DNA of 64,000 bases, from the NCBI GenBank assembly GCA_002633005.1, contig NMRA01000317.1:78849-142848 (forward strand). Reading direction: 5' to 3'. Every line of letters starts with the position of its first letter. The first letter of the stretch is position 1. A program made the translations under genes and the position numbers. This document shows, in pieces, positions 27,051 through 38,435 of this stretch. Under the pieces are notes generated by a model, which ran no database searches, was not told where the DNA came from, and was given only the letters and a program-made list of their open reading frames with translations. This DNA is from Phoronis australis (Eukaryota; Animalia; Phoronida).

Positions 27051-29343
27051 ACAAGTGTGCCAAAACAAGGGTGATGTTTTCCCTGTTTAAATCATGACAT
27101 CTGTTTGTTAGAAAATCACATCAGCTTGTGACTGGTCTATCAGTGAACTCTACAGTATTCAAATCTGTGTTTGATTGATTATGTCCTAGGGTTTCACAGA
27201 CAGCTGTGGCATGGTTTACAGTCAGTTCACTGTGTAAATTAACCCACATTTCTACTGTCAACTGATTAACGATGCCGTTTTTGCATTTTTTGAGCTACTT
27301 TCGATACATTTCATGAAGTACACAGGCATCCTTTATTCAAATGAGTCACTAAAACACTAACTTTAATTTTGTGGTCTGATTTTGTTCGCTTGTAGGAGGT
27401 TATAAATATCTAGATGTTTGCAGCTCAAGTGAATTGTTTGACTTAATAGGTGTTTGTACAGCGGAACAGTTGTCATGGTGCGAGTTGTCACGGTGCAACT
27501 TGCACCACATAAGTCACAATTGCATGGCATTAGATCACAAACTGGATCAGCATGAGTCATTTACCCAAAGACTGTCTGTGCATGCTCGCATAGACAATAG
27601 CGAACGTCCCAACCATGTGGAATACCAGCGGATCACCTGTATATACGCTATTGCACAAGCGCATTGAAAGGTGATCCCTTTCCGCCCTGCCCCAGCTGTG
27701 TTTAGCCGTGTAGATGACACTGGAGCAACTGATCGAGTGCAACTGACTCAACCTCTCAAACTAGTGTCAATAATGACCACCGCTGTGTCAGCTTGCTCTG
27801 TGTCAGTGGTGCTTACACACACACTTGCTCCCGATCAGCTGTTCCCTGTTAGTTACTCCTTGACAGATGTCTCCCGTCTAAATGCGGCTAATGTCAATGT
27901 AGACAGCCCTGGAAGTAGATTGTGTGGTGGTAATAAATGTGCCCATTTGAATCTCTCTGTAGTCAGTTACTGCCAGTTTCCATGACAATAAAAAGTGCAT
28001 CATGCCTGCAGGTGGTGTTCTAATTTCTGTGAACTTTGATTTGTTAGTCATAACAATACTTCCCAAATAGCCTTAGTCAAATTAAAGTGTCAAAAGCTCC
28101 CCTGCTGTTTATTGAAATCCCCGAAGACTTCCAAAATAATCAAAGTTCAATGTCTCATAGTCTAAAATTTGATTAGATATCTTAATATCCATATTCAGAG
28201 CGGTACATTCCTCGTTTTCAAATACACACATGTATACTACTGTAATGTCTCACCGAGTTGGCAACTCAATATGGCCGACAAGTAAAATCTTATTTTCCCA
28301 TAATTCCATAGAAGATATGTTGCACCAAATAAGCACTTTTCCGTGTTCATGCCCTGTACCATAGTTACCAACAAACAATATTTTGACACACTGTGGACAT
28401 TCATGTTAATGCTAGAAGCCCTTGAAAAAGATCAATTTTGGCAGTTATTTTTGTCTGAAATTGGTGAGAGTTTACCACAGGAATCTAGTTGGTCAGCAAT
28501 AACTGTGACTTGACATGGTTGTATCGATGATAATTTCTCAAAGATATCAAGTGATGGTGAAAATTCTTAATTTTGGACAAAGATAATTAAATGCTAAAGT
28601 GGTATTTTCCTTATTTTTCAAAGGTTTATTATGTGGCAAATACTCAAAATTTTATCATAATTTTAATGTTGGATGACACCATACAAACCATGTTTTAAAA
28701 GGATATACTTTTCCAATGTTTATTTTTTTGAAATTAAACAAGAAATCCACTTTTCTGCCATATTGTAGCCTTGGCTAGAGAATGTTTAGCGTGTCCGTAT
28801 TCAGACTCAACACTGTCCACTGACATTTCATACTTATAATAAAGCTCACCTTCTTTGAATCGAAGGGTTTGTGTAAACTTCTTTTAAATATCCTACTATG
28901 CCTTTGCTTGTATTTTTCTTGCGTAACACACCATCCTAGTGGGTTTAGGATACAGAAATCATTGGTAGTTCTGTTGTATTTGCCCGATTTTCGGTAAAAA
29001 TTTTCCAATTTGGTACAGTCTTTAGAATTTGGGACACTGAAATTCCCACAAAAACTGAATTTTCTTGATTCTGGAATTTGGGACGAAGGAGATTTTGTCA
29101 TTCACATTATTTCTCAAATTTCAGACAAAATGTTTTTAATCTACAGAATGGGTAATTTTCCTGTCTTTCCAGTGGTTCTTGAACTTGTGACGGCCAATAT
29201 TGTTTTTTTTAGAATTTGGGATGTGCTACGCCCTGGAGCAAAATAATTAATTTTTCGCTGTTCCAAATTGGAGAATTTTTACCGTAATCACCCATGGTTG
29301 TGAATTTATTGATCTTTGTTCTTATTCCATTCATTATTTCCAG

Positions 29344-29489
29344 ACGGAGGCTGGAAGATAAACGAGTCGCGTCTGTTTACACTGGGTAGCGAGCCAGTCA
29401 CGTGCTTGCTCCCGATTGGTGAAGATATCTTTGCTAGCTGTGGAAATGTAGTTCATGTGATCAGTTTGAAGAATTCTGAATACAAAATG
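29344..29489 (+). CDS. ARHGEF10L: ARHGEF10/10L-like exon I (DGGWKINESRLFTLGSEPVTCLLPIGEDIFASCGNVVHVISLKNSEYKM)
   Basis: tttccag acceptor, ATG|gtaaga donor. 146 nt, phase 1 to 0. 'W...LG..PV.CLL.......SCGN.V.VI' family motif. Confidence 0.9.
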
Positions 29490-31005
29490 GTAAGAGTAAA
29501 TTTGTGAAGTTAAGAATACGTTTTATCATTTTTGGTATTTAAAGCTACATGTCGCCAGTTGTAGCTGGCTAAAAACAAGAATTAAAGTGTCGCTCGGAAT
29601 ATTCCCTTACAATGATAGGATTTCATTTCCGTTACCAGTTCAAGACACGGGGAGTGCCTATATGCACCATTTTCAAATAAGCAATTTAAGAGTTGGCCAA
29701 TCAATGAGATTTATATAACCTTGAAACATAATCAAATGACTGCATGAAATTGGGTATTGCAAAATGGTGTTGGTCCCGTGAATTCCAGTTTGTTCTTTAA
29801 AGTTATGTTAGGAATTGAAGCATGACAAACTTAGTTATCCAGTTGCCAATAGAGGGTGTACAGCTTATTTGGTTCATCAAAATCTTTGCTTAGTCAATGC
29901 ATGTTTCGATGCTTAGATGGATTCGATATGCAATCTCGTTTTCCAAGGAATAACTGAAAAAAGAAGTCATGGATTCCGTATCAACTGAACAGAATATTCT
30001 GGTAAAATCTCACCAATTGAGGACACAATATTTTCTCATTTTTTTATTAATGACATATAATGCCAAAACGATTCTTTGCCTATTCACGGTCTGTACCATA
30101 TTACCAAAAGACAATATTTTCGATGTTTGAAGCCCTTGAAAAAGTGGTATTTCGGCAGTTATTTTTGTCGGGAATTATTGAGATTCCACCCTATTGATTT
30201 CAGGTGAACTTGGCATGCGACTATGTTTGACATATGTTAATGGTTGATTCGTTGACTTGACGTCATTTTCGACCTCCTGACCTTTGCTCAAATCAGGGAT
30301 TCTCATTTGTGTTATGTATAAGCTGTAATAGTGAATGACATTTTCGCAGATTCTGATTGAATTAATTACTTAATGTATATATTTGACCATACTCTGATAC
30401 GTATGACCTTGTTCTACCAAGCGAAAATCTTGAAACTTGTCAGGTTTGGTGAGCTGAGAAACTAAAATTTGAAGTCTCCTTTGACAAGTGAAGCTTGGGT
30501 TGGAGACGCCACTGGCAATCTGGTATTTGCCAAATTGGAAGCTGTATGTTAACTTTTTGTTTACCATACTCTTCTTTGTTGGCCGCAGCTGCCAGCTTTG
30601 AATTGACCGACTAGATAATTAAGATATTGTAGTTTTTAAACTAAGGCTGCTATAAAACCACCTTGCACGCAGAAGACTTCAAATTTTAGTATAGACCACT
30701 TCCTCTTATCAAGTTGGTCTCAGCGAGTTGGAAGTGATTTCTGGACTGGAGAAGAACTTATGGTTTGTTGTAGCCAACTTAGTTGAACTGTCGGCCCATC
30801 CCAAGTTCAGACATCCTTGTTTCATCTTCTCAGGAAAAAGTCAAGAACAGTTTTATAACAGTAATTTTTTTAAATGATAAGTTAGTCTTTTTGATAAAAG
30901 GTGGGGTAAGAGCAGCTTTAAGTGAATATCGTGCAAAAGAGGCCGGTGCCACGTGTGTTTTCTTACTCCTGATTTACAGTCTGTTAATGTTTTGTTATCC
31001 TGCAG

Positions 31006-31174
31006 ACTAGTCACCCTTTAGATACCTGTGGCCCTATTCAAGACATGGTGAGGGCCGGCGTAGGCCTGTGGGTGGCTGTGAAGGACAAGCCCACACTGAA
31101 GCTTTATCACCTGGAGACCTTTGAGGGCCTGCAGGTCATGGACATTGACCGGGCCGTGGCCAGAGCTGTTGCTG
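31006..31174 (+). CDS. ARHGEF10L: ARHGEF10/10L-like exon J (TSHPLDTCGPIQDMVRAGVGLWVAVKDKPTLKLYHLETFEGLQVMDIDRAVARAVA)
   Basis: tcctgcag acceptor, G|gtaagt donor. 169 nt, phase 0 to 1. 'MVRAG.G.W.A.......L.H.ET...LQ' matches the ARHGEF10/10L propeller. Confidence 0.92.
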
Positions 31175-31640
31175 GTAAGTGACCCTAGGTGGCGCCAGGA
31201 GGCCCGACAGGTAGCACTGCTAAAGACCTCTTTAAAGTTTTTTTGATGTTTTGAATCGCTTATGTTGTGAATGTTGAGTATTAGGGGACCGCAAGCAATG
31301 AAGGCTGAGGTAGAAGTCATATTGGGTAAAATCCAAAAACGTCTCTTGCTTCTTTTGCCGTTCACGTGTAAAAGACATTCTACTACGTGTTTTGAAGACT
31401 TACTACAAGTATGATAAATATCACAAATTTCACGGAAAATAATTGTATAAAATCCTTTTTTCATTTCTCAAAAGCTTCGAGCATTGTTTTGAATCCCCAA
31501 AATTTCTCAACATGGAAAAGAACTTAAAAATTACAAGCCTTTATTTGGTATCTTTCATGAAGAAAATGAAATGAAATTTCACTTGACCATCATGTTGTGA
31601 CCAAAACTGGTGAATTAGTGTCTGCTTTATGTTTTTATAG

Positions 31641-32668
31641 CTAAAGAGAAGTGTGTGGATGCAGCTGATTACTCCAAGAATGTGAGTATCACGTGTCTGC
31701 TGGTGACCCGTGGCTTGCTCTGGATTGGCACCAGTAATGGCATCATACTGACCATCCCCCTGCCCCGGCTGGAGGGCGTGCCACGGATTCACAGCAGCCC
31801 CACCGTCGCCTGCCACGCCCACAACGGACCAGTCAAGTTCCTGGTTCCTATCTGCTGCGGACTGGGTGTACCGCATATTATCGACCGTCCGCAGCCGACA
31901 AACTCGGACACTGTACAGACCAGTACCCTGACCCAAGACACAAAGTCGCCTACTCAACGACTGACTATGTCCTTGGAAGTTGATCGGTCACAGCTTAACC
32001 CAGGAACATCCATTCGACGGCATAGCTCTGGAGACGATGTCACAAGTGAATCGGATGATGTGGAAGACAATCTATATGATGACGCTGTGACTATTTCAAA
32101 AGCTCAGTCCACACCAAATTTGTTGGATGTTGATTATGGCGGTGAATACATTAACTTGCTCTATGGCAGTCTGATGCGGCGATACAGTGAGGTGGAGTTT
32201 GAGAGTAGCCTGAATGAGAAAGGAGATTACATGAGTGTGCAAGCCACTAAGGCTGATGTGGTGCAGTATAGGAAGTCCATGAGTATGACGAGGGCTAAAG
32301 GTTATCTGAGGAGTTTCCGCACCAAGAGCGTGCCGGTCATTCCTGAGAAGGATGAGACAGATGACGCATTGTATGAAAGTTATGTCAAGCAGCATACTGG
32401 GGCAATGGATACATATCGTAGAGGTCGTCCAGATCTCTCACTGGCTACTGCAACTCGCAGTAAGACAAACGTTAGGGAATCTATGGGCAGCGAGGAGATC
32501 TCTAAGGGGCCATCAACGCATGGACCTCTCTGTCGATCTGTTACCGTGGTAACCGGGGGTGAAGGGTATTGCAATTGGAACAAGGTGAAAGCAAAAGATT
32601 TGAAAAATTTGGAATCCTGCTTGCTGCTGTGGCAATGTACCTTTCCATCATCTTTGTCTGCCATGTAG
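31641..32668 (+). CDS. ARHGEF10L: ARHGEF10/10L-like terminal coding exon (...ITCLLVTRGLLWIGTSNGIILTIPLPRLEGVPRI...HNGPVKFL...SVTVVTGGEGY...CLLLWQ...stop)
   Basis: tttttatag acceptor, phase 1, in frame with the 337-aa ORF 31655-32668. LWIGT..G....P.PRLEG.P.I, H.GPV.FL, GG.GY and LL.WQ are ARHGEF10/10L C-terminal hallmarks. Likely the single invertebrate co-ortholog of both vertebrate genes. Confidence 0.93.
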
Positions 32669-33015
32669 GCATTTGACGTGTTTTGTGCAGTCTTATAGAC
32701 AATTTAGTTGCCAGTAAGTGTGTTTCTAAGTTTTGTAACTTACTGTAAGTGCACTTTGGTTTAGCTCGCAGTATGACGGAAAGGTGGAAGTTCGTCAAAT
32801 GGGTCGTCACAAGTAAACAGAATTTTTCTTTATTTTTAGTTTGGTCTGTGCTGTGCAATTATGGTTAAATCTAATGAGCGTTGAAATTCGACTATTTTAA
32901 TGAGGTAGTCAGTCCAGTAAAAGATGGACAATTTTTAATTTTGGCCGTCATTTTTGTGCAAAATTGAAGAGGATATTGCAGGGTTTTGGGTAAGAGCATT
33001 ACTGTTACAGTACTG

Positions 33016-33021
33016 AATAAA
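33016..33021 (+). terminator. Candidate proximal polyA signal (AATAAA) of the ARHGEF10-like gene
   Basis: AATAAA about 350 nt after the stop codon, followed by T/G-rich sequence. Confidence 0.4.
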
Positions 33022-33135
33022 AAGTGGATGCGAATATGAATATGTTATGTTCGTTATAAGCTGATGTGAAATATTGAATTAAAAGACTTGTAAAATATGT
33101 CATAAACAGTGAAGGGTAAAATATATATAAGTTCT

Positions 33136-33570
33136 GGGGTCCGTTTCATGAAAAGTCACTTTAGACAAGTCAGAAATTTCATCTTATGCCTCGCCTCGCC
33201 TAAACTACAAGATCTCTGAAATTACATAATTTTTTTGTTTTTCAAACAGTTTTTATAAATTATTTCTAAACTGGTGTGCTAACAATTATGTGGTAAAAAT
33301 GTCATAAATGAAAGTGAATTGGGAGCCTACGTCAAAATTTCATCAAAAAGTCCCCTGAAGGCTGCGTCATGAAATGTTACAGAAGACGTCTTAAATTTGG
33401 TCTTGCGCTCCACACAACTGTTTCGGAAAAATAAAACTAAACTCGCAGCAAAAATCTAAAGTGAGTTGAGACCCATAATTGCTAGTTACTGAGAAAATTT
33501 CTTTAAATTATTTCTAGACTGTGATGCGATTAAATTTCTGTCTTAAGTCACTTTTCATGAAAGAGACCCG
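33136..33570. mobile_element. Harbinger-like MITE, copy 3, downstream of the ARHGEF10-like stop
   Basis: TIRs ggggtccgtttcatgaaaagtcactttagaca / tgtcttaagtcacttttcatgaaagagaccc. Confidence 0.72.
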
Positions 33571-34974
33571 GATTGTAATTTCTTTTGATAGATTGGCTTG
33601 CTGTTCCAAAACTGAGGTTGGGTTTGTTTGCATGTCATGTTTTCTAGACAGAGGTCGCACAGTCATAAAGAAATTAACCAACTATTGTTGGAGTTTTTGT
33701 CGTGCTATGTCATTTATATATAAGTAGCTTTATTCTATGAAAAGATATTTTACCTTTTCATCGCAGTTACCCGGTAGCTTTGGGTATGAGAAATTTCATA
33801 AAATGCGCATTGTGATCATTTTATTATTTTCATCAAAATCCAAAGAAAAAATAACTGTAAATATGTCTTGAAGAAATGTTTTTTATTAAAAGATGATAAA
33901 TCCAAAATGGTTTCCTTGAGATCACATGACAATTTGATCATTCAAATTTCAAAAAAGTGTATTTTTGTTTTAGCCTTTCCTCTTGCTTGCTCCAGCAAAA
34001 AAAAGAATTTCCAAAAGTACTTTTGTAAGTATTCTTTGGCATTTATTTCAAAATTGCCTTTTTTCAAAAATAAGTGTGGCACGTGGTGGATCTACATCTG
34101 GCAATGAAAGGGATACAAATAGTTTGAAAATGTTTTAAGAGTAAAAGGTTACGCATTGTCAGTGCTACATTTAAAGGTCGCGCGTAGTGTTTTCCTGGTT
34201 TTCTATCAAGCATCAAGCAAACCTAGCCTTGCATTAAATATTTGTATATTTTGTATATGGTTATGCCCTAACTGGACAAATGTTGCTAATTTTGTGTGTG
34301 ATGCTTATTACAGTTTGCCTTAATTGACCAGAGTTGCAATTAGCAGTTTGGCTCTTGAATTTGTGTATTTAACAGTGCGCCATATTCTCGTTGTTTGTTG
34401 CAGTTGCGGGGTTATGCAAACTGCGCTCTCAGGCAATTTTAGGTTGTTCGTAATTTATCATAAACGGCTGTTTCTATGAATTCATATCAATCAGAGAGGA
34501 CGTGTAACAAGTCTTGCCAATCTATTTTCATGATATCATCTCGTTCACTTCAACAGGGTATTTTGGAAGCACAATTGTGCTAGTGAGCGTTGCTTTTATC
34601 ATGATGCAGAGAAAATTTAAATCTCAGATTTTTAGGTATTGACTAGATCATTTTTTAAAAACATTCCTGTAGGGCCAGCCGACATTGCCTGGATTATTTG
34701 GTTTGGTATTAAGATGCTTGTGCAGTGCTTTGTCATCACAATGTGCCAGCAAGAATTTCAGTGTGCCAATGTCAAGGGAGCAAACAAAAATTAACCTTGT
34801 TTGGTGCATTTTCACAGGTTAACCCTACCGTTCAGTGTTGCCTCTAGGCAGTGTTAGTTTCATGCTTTTAAACCCTTATTTAGTGGAAATAATTACATGG
34901 AATAGCAGTTCAGACTGGGAAAATGTTGATAACAACCCAGTTTGTAATGCTTGATTACTTTGACCTCTACCATA

Positions 34975-35461
34975 CGGCCTTTCATACTAACGTGGACACG
35001 TCGATGGTTTGGGGAGTTGCGGTCAGTATGAACGCTCAACTCCGGTCCTGGATCGAAGTTAACAGCTCCAGTTAACATTACAGTTAACAGGTGGTTTTAA
35101 CAGCACAGCGTCGACGCTGCGGTGCAGTATGAACGGTTAACTTTGTTCTAGTCGAAGTTGTCGCCGTCAACAATTACAGGGTAGTGCCGTCATTAATAGC
35201 TGCTTATTTTTCTCTAATAATAACCAGTTGATTTAAAAATAAGTTTAATGTCAATTAGCACATGTAAATGTTCCCAAATTGTCACATTGAAAAAAATCTT
35301 AGGGTGCAGCGCTACCTTGTGATAACTTCGATGATACCAGCGTCACCTCCCGTTTACTTCGATGCTCATTAAAACTACTGAAGCCAGTATGAACGGTCCA
35401 GTTAACTGCGCTGTTTATGTCGACGCTCCTCAGACTGGAGTTAAGTCAATATGAAAGGGGC
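34975..35461 (-). mobile_element. ~490-bp PIF/Harbinger-like MITE, inverted copy of 22276-22780
   Basis: Reverse-complement similarity along its length. ORF translations 22677+ and 35078- share 'GAVN.DPGPELSVHTD.NSPNHRRV.VSMKG'. Confidence 0.8.
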
Positions 35462-37277
35462 TTTTAACACTGACAGGTAAAAATTCCCCTCCTGGAAACA
35501 GTGTCTTGATTGAGACTACATGTTCTGGACTGAAAAAAAATCAATATAGAGAAAAGATTTGGAACTTTACTTTTTTCAAAATTGTCATCTTAAGCATTTA
35601 AGAATACATTTACTTTGTACCGCAAAGCTGCAATCAAACAAAATTTGGGAAAATTATGAGTATGTGCGGCAATATTAGCAATTTTGTAGGATTGTTTTTC
35701 ATAAGCCTGGCCTTTACAATCTTCTGTAATAACACATTGGTACTTATTGAACAGATACATCGCCCAAAATCTTGGGCCATACTCGTACGACTTGTACCCC
35801 TTGCTTGGCAAAATTTTCAAGAATTTCACTTTTAAATGCTGGTGCTCGGTAATACTCCCACCCTGAGTTTAGTAGACATTCGTGACATTCCTGTCCTTAA
35901 AAATACCCATCAACAGAGAATTCAATGTCCTGTCTAAAACCCACATGATTTGCTTACTAAACAGTGCATTGCTCACATATCCCTCTTCCACCTTCATTCA
36001 GCTCTTAGATTGTCACGTTTTTCCTGTTTTGATGCACTGCATCGTCTGCCTTCTAACTTTTTAACTTGATTAGAGGTTTTTGGTTTCTACAGCCTGTAAT
36101 TGATCTGCTCTTCATGAATAGTGACATCTGTCATACGCGTAGCTTGAAAAGTGAAATTCCATGACTAGCTAGCTGGCACCGTGTTGGTACTGTGTTTTAG
36201 CAAATAGGGAGGGCTGAAGTAACTGTGGCTGTCATAGTATAGTAATTTTTGTTGCATGACCACTAATACTTTTGCCCTCTGATTGACTGAAACTTAGTGT
36301 AGTAACTTGTTACAAGGTGATGTTGACCGACTAACCATGGAATATCTTTTATCATTCATGCCACCGGATGTCAGATGTTACTCTTCCTGGTCTGACCAAT
36401 TACACCTGCAGAAACCATAAACCCCTGAACATGTAAACAAAGTGAGCAGACGATGGTAGTACAAAGTAGACAAGAACATGTCATTCTAATAAGAAACTAA
36501 TATAATCAGAGGAAAGGATTGTCTGTGGTCAGATAATAAACCAAATATGTGCTGACCCCTGGGGCATATTTGGATGGCATGGACTTCAGAAGGGCAGTGT
36601 TCGGCTTTGGGCCACATTGCTTTCCCACAGTCTTTGTGACTTGACATCACCCTCAGGATCAGACCATGTTTGCTCTGGAGTAGTCATTCTAACTAATCCA
36701 TCACAACTGATGCTTTTGAAGTTGTAAATGAATACAACACTGGCAGAGAGATGGAACCAAAAATTTTGAGGAATAATATTCTCTACTCCCCAAAAACGGC
36801 ATGCTGATGGCATTTCTTTTTTGTTGTGCCTGTTGCGAGCCGTACCCGCCCAGGTCTCACTCTAAATCTACCTATGCAGAAGTTAGATATTTCTTTTCAG
36901 TGGATTAAGAAGTCTGGTTTCAGTCAAAGTCAGATTTTTGGCTCTTAGTTATTATGATATGCTATGGATATTGTATTGTATTTATGATGCTGAAAAGTGT
37001 AGATGTGGTTCCCTCAGCACTGTGGTCCATTTCAATCAAATACTTTTGCACTGATGTAAATTTCATCCGAGTATCACTGAATTAATGCATATTTTAACAA
37101 ACTGCTGTATTTTTGCGTCTGTGCCATTCATTTTTGTGGGTGATATTTTTAACATGTTAAGAGATATAATTATGTTGTTCTTGTATATTTTGATCATATA
37201 TTTGTAGTTCTCACTTTCTGGTATGCCAAGGAAAGCTTAGTGCTTCCAGGTATGTTGAGCTGCGTGATGATACTTGT

Positions 37278-37283
37278 AATAAA
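37278..37283 (+). terminator. Candidate distal polyA signal (AATAAA) of the ARHGEF10-like gene
   Basis: AATAAA followed by GT-rich 'gtgttgttgtt', at the end of the T/G-skewed zone. Would imply a 3'UTR of up to about 4.6 kb. Confidence 0.45.
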
Positions 37284-37489
37284 CCGAATATTCTATGCAA
37301 GTGTTGTTGTTAATAGCACTGTGTGAATGTGGACAGGATTGACAACACATTGTAGCTTGGTAAGTACTGGTAAGTAATGCCCATTTCTGACAGTTTCCAG
37401 GCATTGTACATTAGCGTGTCTGACTGCCAGTGATATTGTGGTGAACACATCAGTAGTGATGCTGTCATATCTGATGTCCATCTAGTCCC

Positions 37490-38235
37490 ATCTTGAACAA
37501 GACAGGTCAATAACCGGCAGGTACCAGCTCTAGGTCAAACATTGGTCATTGACCATGTAGACTAGACACCTTAGAAATGCCATTCATTGTGTACTACATG
37601 GCACAATGGAAATTGGTGCATTCAAAATTCACTAGGGGTCACTAGTGAAGCAAGGTACCTTTCCTTAAAATACCTGTATTCATGTAAACAGAATGGAACC
37701 CTTTTCACACTAACATGCCCATGATCTGCTGTCTGCTCTCGATCTAGTCGGATATTAGACTGTTAATATGCACTAAGCATTGATATGTACACAGAGTGCA
37801 CCCCAATCTAGGGGTGCTCATCAGTTCATGCAAGGTACAAGGAGACGATTCGAGCACAGCTGTTGGTACCTTATTGCCACACTAGACAAAAAATAGCATG
37901 TCTGGTCTACTTCATAACATATAGAACATTCGGGAACATACAAGATATGTAACAGGGTAAACAGACAAAATGACCACTAGGGGATGCTGAAGAAATAGAA
38001 ATCGCACCTATGGCAAGCTTCATTGAAATTCGTCAGTTCACTAGACATCCGGAAACGCTATTTCCACAAAAAAATAATGAAACGTCCCAGCCTTGGAGTG
38101 CAGGGCACCATTCTAGTGATGCTCTCAACACTTGTCAAATTTCATTAAGTTTCAACCAGGGGTTTTTGGGGTATCGAGTAGAGAGATAAACAGGACGACA
38201 ACATACAACCACATATGTGAGCGCGTAGACAAAGG
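37490..38235 (-). mobile_element. Decayed HINE-like element in reverse orientation between the two genes
   Basis: Reverse-oriented cores cactaggggtcac (37630), ctaggggtgc (37808) and ccactaggggatgc (37974). End ccacatatgtgagcgcgta (~38209-38227) resembles the reverse complement of the HINE 5' end. Confidence 0.45.
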
Positions 38236-38425
38236 TACCATTAAATATTAGCACTACCTAATAAATGGTGTTGCTTTTTACTGTAATACAATTGGTTATC
38301 GACTGTGCCAAGTGGCACACTCCTTAGAGCTATTCACGAATTATACAATATCCATCTCCAGTCACCTTTGAGTGCCATGGTGATGGAAAGGTAGAACACA
38401 AGAACACCAGGATTTAGCGCTTTAG

Positions 38426-38435
38426 TTTATTTATT
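38426..38435 (-). terminator. Overlapping AATAAA polyA signals of the SKI-like gene (distal)
   Basis: Plus-strand tttatttatt reads AATAAATAAA on minus, near the start of the A/C-skewed zone. Gives a 3'UTR of about 3.1 kb. Confidence 0.55.

Noticed and set aside
31018-32858. Several minus-strand ORFs of 94-148 aa overlapping the last Rho-GEF exons
   Set aside because: Antisense shadows of GC-richer coding sequence with no independent motif or splice support.
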